DNA of 20,000 nucleotides from Perkinsus olseni (Eukaryota): NCBI GenBank assembly GCA_013115125.1, contig JABANN010000094.1, positions 55,611 to 75,610 of the forward strand, read 5' to 3'. Shown piece by piece: positions 10,107 to 20,000 of this stretch (position 1 is its first letter; each line of letters starts with the position of its first letter). The notes under the pieces were generated by a model. It saw only the letters and a program-made list of their open reading frames with translations, ran no database searches and was not told where the DNA came from. The position numbers and the translations under genes were made by a program.

Positions 10107-10609
10107 ATTATAAAAACCTCAGCCAAACCCCGTCTACCATTCCCTGATGGACTTCAACTCAAAGACAGAGATTAGTGAAGAAGAAACTCAGTCGCTCGAG
10201 GATTAGCAGCAGCATCGATATTGTAGCTGCAATACTGGCGTCCAATGATACCACCCAAACGGGAAAATATTCCACCGCTTCGCTGCTGTCGAGAACACTA
10301 CGATGAATCTCAAAGCCGATCTAAGCATGAAAACCACCGCCGCCTCAGCCGCCTATAAAAGCGACCAGGAGACAGTACCGATTGACACCCTTGCGACCAA
10401 CTTGATAGAATTATCTTGACAAAGATGATGCCACCGACGCACAGTAAAAACAGCAACATACGGAAACTGTCTACTTCGAGTCCTCTCAAGTATACTTGTT
10501 AAAAAGGCACGCTGGAATGATGATATTGCTGGCTTTCACTAGGCGGGGATGTTGACCATGGACAACCCCGTCACAGCCGCAGCAAAGGTATCAACAACCT
10601 CTAAACATT

Positions 10610-12405
10610 TTACAAGGTGCCCTGCTGGAGTGCCTGCCACTTGTTCAACATAAGCTTCTGAGTGGCAAGAAGGGCCTCGCGAGCGACCTGAAAACAACGA
10701 CAAGTAAAAATCAGCACGACTCCCGACGAGCACGAGGCCCTTACATCGCGGTCCTTGCTGGTCATAAGAGCCATAACGGCCGGCTTGGCAGAGAGGCGGT
10801 TCAACACCTGCTTGCCAGTGGGGTAGACACGAGCGAACTCGCCAATATCGTGGCAGGCAACGGCCTTGGTGGTATCGTCCGCAGAGTCGGACTTGACGAG
10901 GGCGACAAGAGCCTTCACAGCCGCGAACTGGTCCTTCTCGAACTTCTCGGCATTCTCGAGCCAGAACTTCTCCGAGTGGATGAAACCCCAACGGAGCTTG
11001 TTGGTTTGAAGCTCTCTCTCATAACGCTCAAAGTTGGTGTGAGTGCTAACCTAACATCATACCACACTTCCCCCAACTCGCAAGAAAATAGGACTGCTGA
11101 ACCTACCTCGCTGGCAATCATACCGGCGACCTTGCGGATGTCCTCATAGAGTTCCTGGTCGCGCCACTTCTCGTACTCCAAGTTCTGGACGTAGTGAATG
11201 ATACCGCTCTCCACGATAGCAGTGCACATCTTGTCGTCCTTGAGGAAGTTGGCAAGAACGGCGAGAGTCATCCGAATGACCTTCTCGACACGGCAGTTGG
11301 CAACAACCGATAGGAGGGCCTGAAAGGAGAAGAATCTTCTGACTTGTTTCGAGCCAGCGTCGACCTACCTGCACAAGATCGTCGCCCATCTCGGCAACAG
11401 AGGTGGAAACGAGCTCCTTGTTGAAGCTGACGCACCAGACGCAGAAGACGCCGCGATACAAGACCAGCGGGTCCGAGGACTCGACGCCCGAGATGGCGTC
11501 CATGATGCACCTCTGGACCTTCTTGTTGTTCCAAACAACAGCACGGAAGCCATCGAACTTGAGGAGGTTGCAGAAACCATCGAGTCGACCCAAATGGCTG
11601 ACGCCCTTGAACTTCATGTTCTTGTCATCAGCAACCGAGTCAGCAACCATCTTGGCCTACCACAACATCCGTAAATCACGCGCTAGTGAAAAGCGCAACC
11701 TACCTCTTGAGGGTTGAACTTCCTGCCACCGTCGTGACTCATGATGTCAGTGAGGATGTAGAGCTGAGAAGGAACCGCATTTGAGCTACAGATGGGCTCT
11801 CGCGAGCCGTGGCAGCAGCGAAACTTACGGCCTTGTCGCTAGAGTAGGAATCGTCCGCGGCACGGTCGGAGCTCAAGAAGCGAGTGAAGGGGGCGAGAAC
11901 GTCGTTCTTCCTGGCGTAGGCGACGAGAAGGTTCCAGAAGGCCGAATCATAACGACTGAGAAGACGAAAAAACTGTGTAGTCCAAATCTTATGCTCAAAA
12001 GCCACTACGTAGTCTCGTAAATGACAGTGAGGGCATACTGGACAGCGTGCATGTCCTCGACGCTCTTAAGAACGGAAAGAAGGCCACTCAAGACCTGAGA
12101 ACCGATACCACTCCTTTCGCTATTCTTGGCCACAATATCGACGCTTACCTCCTCGTTACGCTGGGCGAGGGTCATCACAGCGCTGCTGGAAGTGCCGTGG
12201 ATTTGGTTCAACCACTGGGCGGAGCCCTTAGGGATCTGACCCGCACTCTCGAGCCTGAGAAAATCAAATTGCACGCGCCATCAGCGACGACTAGGAAGAC
12301 TTACGACTGCCAGTCCGGCTTGGAGCTCAGAATAGCGGCCTCCCGTGAGAAGTCATCGGGGGCCGCCTTGGCTTGCTCGAGCAGACGCTGGTGTGATTCT
12401 TGCAT
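10610..12405 (-). CDS. ATP6V1H: V-type proton ATPase V1 subunit H, 9 exons
   Basis: Signature segments RVEKVIRMTLAVLANFL, FERYERELQTNKLRWGFIHSEKFWLENAEKFE, AVACHDIGEFARVYPTGK and DVAREALLATQKLMLNKW. Introns 12255-12304, 12095-12148, 11956-12008, 11764-11828, 11657-11703, 11320-11368, 11051-11106 and 10688-10744 are all GT..AG and frame-preserving. Confidence 0.96.
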
Positions 12406-12774
12406 TCTTACTGTAAAACAAGCGTTGAAACTACTACCAACACCACAACCATCAAAAACGACAACAAACTCTCTCTAACACGACGAACTGCTCTACACCC
12501 TCATCTACTCAAGTACAGCAATTCCGGTAATGATAGCACAATTCTGCTTAGCCTGGCAAACGCTTAAGATCCGCGTGGTGGCCCGAGTAGCCCGACGACG
12601 ATGATCTCGATCTCACTGGGCACAACAGAGCCCGTATGGACCGGTTAAACGAACAGAGAAGTTCTCCTAGCGTAAAAGTGCCACGCGAGAATACGATAAT
12701 TTTGAGAAAAATTTCCGCTAATAAATTGCGCATGAGTTACGCTGAAGCCGAGCTTATGCGCACCAAAGCGACGA

Positions 12775-12944
12775 AATCTTGCAATCTTGCTCGTCCTTAG
12801 CAGAGTCGCAAATTCTTGCGATCTTGCACATACCTAATCGTACTTGGAAAATCTTGCAATCTTACAGGTTCCTTACGATCAGCAGGAACAGACGTTGGTT
12901 GTTGTCACCTCCCCAACTTGTGTGTAACCTAATCGGCCTAATCC
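12775..12944. promoter_or_regulatory. Repeated-motif block in the divergent intergenic region between V-ATPase H and WNK
   Basis: AATCTTGCAATCTTGC (12775-12790), ATTCTTGCGATCTTGC (12812-12827) and AATCTTGCAATCTTAC (12850-12865); CCTAATC at 12833, 12928 and 12937. The regulatory role is inferred from position only. Confidence 0.5.
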
Positions 12945-13089
12945 GTCGTGGATTTTTACTAATATTTTCGCCGTAAGAGATCGGGAAAATAAGATTCTAC
13001 CAGAGGCTGTTAATTCTCATTATTATCAATACTAGTGCAGAAGCAACAGCAACAACAAGAAGAAGCACCACCACCAACCTCTGATTATT

Positions 13090-16000
13090 ATGCCAACGAA
13101 GACTTTAAAGGAGCACGAGACCACATCCGAGGATGAGAAGCGTGGATCTGCCGCTGGTGACGGTGATGATGGCTTTTCCGATGACCCTTCGAGTGCATCG
13201 TCAGGGTCCAGCAGTGACAGCAGCAGCAGTTCGGTCCCTCATGGCGGCGGCGGGCGGGTACGTTCTCAGTCTGGTCACGAGTGCGTAGTAGAGAAGAGCC
13301 CTAAGGGGCGGTTTCATCGGTTCAATCGGAAATTGGGGTCCGGCAGCTATAAGACTGTCTATCTGGCGTTCGATAATGATACTGGCCGGGAGGTCGCTTG
13401 GAACGTCATCTCCTTCGCTCACTTGTCGAGGCATGAGCGAAAACGGATAGACGACGAGATCAAAATTGCCAAGTCGCTGGATCACGATCGGATAATATCT
13501 TTCATCAATGCTTGGATTAACAAGAAAAAAGAGGAGGTCGTCTTCATCACCGAGCGGGTCAACGGCGGCTCATTGCGGCAGTACATCAACCGTTTGGATG
13601 GACCATTGAAGGTGAAGGTCATAAGGATGTGGTGCAAGCAAATTCTGGAGGGCATCAACTACTTGCATAACCAGCTCAAGGTGCCTGTCATTCACCGGGA
13701 CCTCAAGTGCGACAATATCTTCATCAACGGTAGTGACGGCAAGGTTCTCATCGGAGATCTAGGCCTGTCGACAGCATTGCAGCACGCTTCTGTTGCCACA
13801 TCCATCGTCGGCACCCCTGAGTTCATGGCGCCTGAGCTGTACGAGGAGAAGTATGGCCCACCGGTGGACATCTATGCTTTTGGTATGTGTCTATTGGAGA
13901 TGGTTACGAGGAAGTTTCCGTACGCTGAGTGCACCACGCCTGGGCAGATTTACAAGAGGGTCATTAATGGCGAGATGCCGGAGAGTCTGGAGCGGATAAA
14001 GAACAAGGAGCTGAAGCGCATCATCGAGCAGTGCATCGAGAAGGACCCGGCCAAGAGGCCCACTGCGGCTGAGTTGCTGGCGATGCCTTGCTGGGACCAG
14101 AAAGATGATGGCGACGAGCTCGCCACTTTGGAGCCGCTACCGTCCAAGGAAGGCGACAATGATGCTGCGGAGGAGAGTCCGTCGAAGGAGAAGGGCCATC
14201 GACAGCGGAAAACTCGTGGCCAATCTGGTGCGATTGGCGGCCGTGGCGCTGACGATGGGGCTGCTGTTCCTCCTGAGCCTCCCGCAGCAGCTGAGGTCCA
14301 GCCACCCCCTCCTCCTGCGAGACCTGATGGGGAACGGCCGGCGGCGGCTACGCCACGGGATGGTGGTAGCGAGATTGCACGGAGTGAAGTGTCCACTGTA
14401 ATTCATAGAACCGGGAAGGCTGATGACGATGACGGTCACCATAGCGACCCTCAGCAGCAGTCCAAGTCGCCTTCTGGGCGAGGAAGATCACGGCCACATC
14501 AGTTAGCCCCGCCAGGGGTGGAGGCGACCGACACTGATAGTGTTAAGAGCACACCAGCTCGTATGGGGCAGCAGCAGCCACGAACGCCCAGCGAGGGTAG
14601 CGAGGAGGATATGGTTACTATCAGGTAGGTTCGTTCTCTTGCTTGGTTGTTCGAAAGTTGATGCTTCTCTCTCAGTAACCGCGCTCCCTCAGCGCCGACA
14701 GCGTTGCAGTCAGAGGCAGGTGGGGGACAGCAGGCATTGCCTCCTCTAGCGGTCGGTGTGGCGGACCACAGCAGCGACTCGAGTGAAGCACCGCAGCTGA
14801 TATCTGCTACTACTCATATTGAGGCTGCCAGCTCCCCTAACCTCACCGGCGGCGAAGCGGTGATCCGCCGAGATGTGGCGAGGAGGCCGCCGAACGAGAA
14901 GGTCATGGCGGCTGTTGCGGCGCATGATGGTACGGTGCATCTTCCACCGGAGATTGAGGACTTCTGCCGCAACCAGCTGGGGTCTGATCGCGTCACTAAG
15001 GTGGTCTTGCTCATTGAGACGGAGACTGACAAGTAGGTGCCTTCATAGCGGGTTATGGTGATGGCTGTTTGTGCCAGGTTCCAGCGTATCAATTTCGAGT
15101 ACAACTTGGATGAGGACACGTGTGATTCTATTGCGGAAGAGCTGCTGGAGAACAATCTGGTGTGGCGGGAGGTCAATCGAGATCGACTGGTGCAGAAGAT
15201 ACGGCAGGCTGTTTTTGTGAGGGTCAAGCAGATTGCCCTCGAGGAGGGTATACCCTTGCCGCCACCAGTCGCGGCTGCTATTGCTGGTAGCACTACTGCT
15301 GCCTCTACTACAGCCGTGACTAAGCAGCCAGGCGAGACGGCACCTTCACCGGCGGCCATCAAGGTTGAGGAGGGCCCGGCTCCTAAGGCAGTTGATTCGC
15401 CCCCATCGTTGGGACGAGCCAGTACACCACCTGGTACGACGACTACAGAAGAGTCGATTCCCGCGACCCGAACGCCGTCATCGACCAAGAAGGGCGACCT
15501 GCCGGCTCAACCTGCGGAAGCCATTGCTTCTGTGGTGGAGCCAAAGTTGGTGAAGGAGAGCGGCTCAGCTGCTGTGCCGCCGGCCATCCACCCCCAGACG
15601 TACGCGGCGGTCGCGGCTACGGCGCCTACCTCTACTCCGACGACTACTGCATCGGCTCCTGTTGCGGGTAACCTCCGCACGGCCGTTGCTGCCGCTGCCC
15701 ACTCTGGGCCTCCCCGTCCTACCCCGCCGGCTCCATCTGCGGTGGAATCTGCCGAGACTGCGGTTGAGGCCCCGGGAGCAGCACCAGTTGGTGGCGCTCA
15801 CGCGGTTGCTACTCGGCCACAGGTTTCCGTGGCTCCTGTAACGCCTGGGAACGCGGCAGGGCTGCCTTCGGGAATAGTGTCACCAAGCAATCATGCCGTG
15901 GGGGCGGGCAAGCCACCGCCAGCGCCCCGTTCGACCCCTCATGCAGCAATGGTGGGCGCGAGTGGTCGACATTCACACTTTCCAAGTGGAGACGTCCCGT

Positions 16001-17606
16001 CTATGAGTGGTATCAGTGGAGCGACGAAGTTCGGCAAGAAGGCGAGTTTGTCCAAGTACGTGCCTTTGACGCCGGAGTCCACAGCACAGCTCACCAATGA
16101 CACTGTGTCGGGGGTGGGCCTTGAGCAGGTAGTACCGCACTTCTACAAGGATGTGCTTAATGCTGAGTACGGCGACTTGGGTCAGTCTGGGGCTGATTCG
16201 GCAACCAGTGGCGGTAAGGGCCCTTCGACCATGGCGTCTGAGGTCCCGATTTTCCCGGAGATCCCTCCTCCGTTGAATGACGGGCATGCTCCGACCGAAG
16301 AAGACGTGGCTTGGGTGCAGATAGCCCTTGCCGCGGTGGTTCCTAGCGTGAAGTTGAGTGCCTACCCCAAGCTGGGGGTTATGTGCCCGGGCACGGTTGA
16401 TGTGATTAAGGGCTTCCAGGAGTACCATAGCCTTCCTGTTGATGGAACTATGGATGATCGAACATGGCAGCTGTTGGTGGACTCGTTGGAGTCGAGGAGG
16501 CAGAAGATTGAGGAGAGGGAGGCCAAGAGGGCAGAGGCCAAGTTAAAGGCTAAGATGGTGAGAACTTTGCTGCTTGCGGAATAGAGTTTTTGCGATTTCT
16601 CGCATCGCCTCCGTGATGGGTGTACGATGGCGTTTTCTACGTAGTTCCTTTGCGTATCGTGTGTCTTGGTCAGGAAGCGGAGCGGAAGCGTCAAGCTCGA
16701 CAGGCGGAGTCTGCTAAGGCAATGGACATGATGGAGAAGACGCTGTATAGTTTATCCTCGGGTGGTGCTGCTGCTGCTGCCCCAGCTGCCACCCCCTCAG
16801 CGGCAGCAGCGGCTTGCGCTGGCAGCGGTACTCCTGCGCTGCATCATTCCACGAGCGTGGCGATGCCGTCCCAGTCCCCTCCGTCACAGCCGGTCCAACA
16901 CTCTTCCCCGGCAGTGGACTCGTCAGCAGTAGTTCTTCCCGGCACGCCTCCTCGTCAGAGTGCGGTTGCAGCGGCTCCTGGTGGTGGCGGTAGTAGCAGT
17001 AGCAGCAGTGGTGTGGTGTCGTCACAAGTACCAAGGTCTGGCAGTGTGCCCCCGACGGTCTCTCCGTGGGTGACGGGGGCTGCTCCGCTGTCTCGCACTG
17101 TTAGCTATACTGGAACCCCACCGTCGATGTCTCGGAACTCCTCCCTGCCCAATGTGGCTGGGATACAGCCGCCACAGCAGATAGTAGACGTCTTCCAGTC
17201 CTTGAGAAGGGTCTCGCCGCCATTGTCGGAGACAGGCTCCCAGCAGGGCAGAGCGCCAAGCGCGAGTCATTCACCGCCGGCTGAGATGAGAAGCCTCTAC
17301 TCTGCTCCGGACTCCTACAGCACTACCACTAGCTTGCCTACATCTACGTACCAGCCACCAGCCGTCAATATCCCAGCTGGAGGTCCACCGCAGCGTCCCC
17401 CGTCGGCTCAACAGCATCATCATCCAACGGGGAATCTTGAGCTCAGCAGCGAGACATCATCTGTCCTGGGATCGGTGCCAGAGGCGCCAGTATCCAGTGG
17501 TGCAGGAGGTCAAGTATCGTCTACCACATCAGCGTCGCTTGACGAGCTTCTCACTGCTGCAGCTTCCACTACTACCACTACACAGCCGCAGCAGTCGGAA
17601 CACTAG
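13090..17606 (+). CDS. WNK: WNK (with-no-lysine) family Ser/Thr kinase, 4 exons, about 1434 aa, with CCT-like domain, PGBD-like domain and coiled coil
   Basis: GSGSYKTVY (lysine in the Gly loop), EVAWN in place of VAIK, HRDLKCDNIFING, IGDLGL and GTPEFMAPE. Introns 14625-14675, 15033-15077 and 16558-16673 join four frames (4305 nt total). CCT-like segment FQRINFEYNLDEDTCDSIAEELLENNLV. Stop TAG 17604-17606. Confidence 0.95.
16297..16476 (+). other. Peptidoglycan-binding-like (PG_binding_1/PGBD) domain within the WNK protein
   Basis: EEDVAWVQIALAAVV...LGVMCPGTVDVIKGFQEYHSLPVDGTMDDRTWQLL fits the PGBD pattern DV..lQ..L.....dG.fg..T..av..FQ...gL.vDG.....TW..L. Confidence 0.75.
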
Positions 17607-18710
17607 CCGGTTGATCTCCTCACCGGTGCGACTTGTTGTTTTCTTGCCTACTTTTGCTGTTTTTGCTGCCCACTAGAGGTGGTGAGGGCAGCACTGTAAA
17701 CTTCCTGGTGATATTCTCTTCCTGAGCAGAGTGCTGAATTGGCTGGTGGTCGCCGTCATCGTCCATCCAGTGGGCTCTGGCCGCTGCTCCATCTATGATC
17801 CTACGATCAACACTGCTACCGACTATTTCACGAGCATCGTGCCGTTGCTGTCTGATTTCTACCCAGCCTCCCTCGCAGGCTACTTCCGCTGCCTCCACCA
17901 CAGGCTCACGTCTTTTTGAGCGACCCCAAACCATCTTCCAAACATGGAGCAACGCCTACCGCCATTCTGCTGGCTACTAGCAGTGCTCTTATTTTGTTGC
18001 CATATTATCTTCCGCAGCTTTACCGTCATCACAAGGGGTTACTACCAACAGCTGAGACTATCGATGCTTGACGTGACCGAGGCAGTAGCAGCAGCACAAG
18101 CTGCGAGTGGTGGTTGGCTTACTATAGCATTGTTTTCTGATCTTTGTCTACGTTCTCTCTTCTTCTCTTTCTTACCGACGGTGATATTGATCACGGGATT
18201 GGGGGTTTTAAGCTATGATGATCAACTTCATCATTATCATCGTGGATATGCTCGGGAGTTGGTAGTGCATACTATTATGATTGCTGCCACCACTACTATT
18301 TGGAACAACGGTCTAGCAAGTGCTGCTTGGACGAAGACAACAACAACAACAACAATGATAGCATTGATGAATTCGGATACGGCTCCTTTAGTCTTGCCGA
18401 CCTAGGAAGGCGAGGCGAATTGGCGAACCAGCCAATCCTTGTACTATTGAAGTGGCGACCAACCATTGGTAGTTGTGTGACGGTACTAGAAATCCTTCTA
18501 GGCGTTTTGCGTTAGAGCAACGGGTGCCAGGGCGGGTCGTTCATTTTGCTGGAGGTTGGACCGATTTTGCCATTTAGTAGCCTGGTTGACTCTATTCACG
18601 GGGATGTTCCCTAGAAGTGATGTAGCGGAAGCAGCGGCATAAAGCGTCAGTGATCATTCTAGCTCAGCTCCCCAACAGACGCCTCCCGACGTTGAAGCAG
18701 TTCATTGCTT

Positions 18711-18850
18711 ATTGGTTGTAGTGGTGGTGGTAGTAGTGGTGGATGTAAGCGATGTCTCGTAGGAGAGGTCACCTAGATGGATTAAGCGCTTACTGACTGA
18801 AGTAGTTATGGTGGTAGTGGTAGCAGTAGTGGTGGTTGTGGTAGTAGAGG
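18711..18850. repeat. Degenerate GTG/GTA/GTT trinucleotide microsatellite tracts
   Basis: ggttgtagtggtggtggtagtagtggtgg (about 18714-18742) and ggtggtagtggtagcagtagtggtggttgtggtagtag (about 18810-18847). Confidence 0.8.
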
Positions 18851-19034
18851 TACTTGAACGTGGTAGGCTTCTGAATTGGATGCACTATTACTTTTGACAA
18901 ATCGACGCCCTTGTTCCCATCGGATAACATATCCGTAGAAGCAGTCATGGACGTGTTGCGTGTTAGTGCTACTACAATCGATGTGGAAGGGTGAATCATC
19001 CTCCAGGTTCTCGACTCTTTCCGTACCATTTACC

Positions 19035-20000
19035 ATGGCTGCTGCTGCTGCAGCCGAGACGTCCTATATCGGTCATCCCGCGTCTTTCGGCGGAGTAGAA
19101 CTGCTCAAGCTTCCCCCGTCAACCGTGGTGGATCCAGCGAAGGTGTCTCTTTTCTGTCAAGGGCCATACTGGTTCAAACTTCTCATCTCCGACGCGCAGT
19201 TCGCAGCGCTTTCGCGCAGCAAGGCGGCGATTCAAGATCAAACAGGCTGTGCTTTGGCCTTTTCAGCGGGGACATGCTCCTTACTTGGGAGCAACTACCG
19301 CGCTCTTATGGGCGCATCTTCAAGCTCAGACGCTCTCTGCACGCTCTGTAGGGACCTGGTGGAAAACTTTATTTTTCCTGCATCCGAGAACGACGGTATT
19401 CTGATATGCGTTGGGAGTGATGCCGCGCTTGGTACGGCCCTCAACGCGGGCGGTTCGGCAATCTCTCCTCGAGGCCCACTGGCAACGCAGAATGGTGAGC
19501 ATATCATACGAGTTTCGAGCAAGGCGTGCGCAGATCTACCTAGCGTACTGGGTATCTTATGTAAAGAAGTCATTTCTTCGATCCAAGCTGACAAGGCGGG
19601 CATGATGAAAGTGATGGAGATTGAGTACTCCCCTCGGGTGGTGAGCCTGTCTCCCTATACGGCACCGGTGCCGACGATTTCCGCACAGCGAGAGCTTCCC
19701 TCTGTTGAAGTTCCCAAGATTTCTATCTCTCTGCCCCTCAAGGAAGCCGAGGCCAAAGAGCTTATTTCGGCCGAATCCGCGATGAGGAGGATCTCACGTG
19801 AAACTGAAACCTTCATTCAGTTGAAGCGCCCCAGCGGTAGTGGTAGTAGTCACACCGATCTCACAGGGTACATAATGACGCTCACTGGCACCCTGGATGG
19901 TGTTCAGGCTGCTCATCGCAAAGTCGTCTCTACACCATTTCCAGACCTACTTAGTAAAACCCCAGAGCAATTTAATAAAGCCCAGCCCAAATTAGTAAAA
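19035..20000 (+). CDS. Triple KH-domain (Nova/PCBP-like) protein with degenerate GxxG loops; 3' end outside the window
   Basis: ATG at 19035 opens 322 stop-free codons to the window end; the ORF track misses it. KH1 is YWFKLLISDAQFAALSRSKAAIQDQTGCALAFSAGTCSLLGSNYRALM. KH2 is ILICVGSDAALGTALNAGGSAISPR...GEHIIRVS. KH3 is ISISLPLKEAEAKELISAESAMRRISRETETFIQL...YIMTLTGTLDGVQAAHRKV. Confidence 0.75.
   Translation, partial: MAAAAAAETSYIGHPASFGGVELLKLPPSTVVDPAKVSLFCQGPYWFKLLISDAQFAALSRSKAAIQDQTGCALAFSAGTCSLLGSNYRALMGASSSSDALCTLCRDLVENFIFPASENDGILICVGSDAALGTALNAGGSAISPRGPLATQNGEHIIRVSSKACADLPSVLGILCKEVISSIQADKAGMMKVMEIEYSPRVVSLSPYTAPVPTISAQRELPSVEVPKISISLPLKEAEAKELISAESAMRRISRETETFIQLKRPSGSGSSHTDLTGYIMTLTGTLDGVQAAHRKVVSTPFPDLLSKTPEQFNKAQPKLVK

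Noticed and set aside
11647-11656. CCATCTTGGC resembles part of the perkinsid spliced leader
   Set aside because: Only 10 nt, and it is the antisense of V-ATPase H codons (GCC AAG ATG G), so it is coincidental.
12775-12865. Regularly spaced repeats with unique spacers, superficially CRISPR-like
   Set aside because: Only three imperfect 16-bp units with about 21-22-bp spacers, in a eukaryotic context with no cas genes.
13950-16694. Multiple minus-strand ORFs (e.g. 14814-15488, 15973-16428)
   Set aside because: They are antisense shadows of the WNK coding exons.
18790-19036. Short minus-strand ORFs rich in His/Tyr, Pro/Leu or Thr
   Set aside because: They are produced by trinucleotide microsatellites upstream of the KH gene, with no coherent exon structure.

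Overview
Gene-dense, intron-rich eukaryotic DNA. Most introns are 45-65 nt GT..AG, and the style resembles the alveolate Perkinsus (taxon inferred, not shown). The supplied ORF track fragments the genes, so exons were spliced by hand. A head-to-tail minus-strand run (404..12405) encodes, from left to right: an archaeo-eukaryotic primase (AEP) of apparently viral/NCLDV type that appears fused to a C-terminal SH3 domain, a U2AF65-like RS + two-RRM protein, U2 snRNP A', one or two hypothetical proteins, and V-ATPase subunit H. A divergent intergenic region with regularly spaced repeats follows. On the plus strand there is a ~1434-aa WNK kinase with a CCT-like domain and an unexpected peptidoglycan-binding-like (PGBD) domain. 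A Nova-like triple-KH protein lacking GxxG loops starts at 19035, runs off the window, and is absent from the ORF track. All domain calls come from recognising motifs by eye; no database searches were run.
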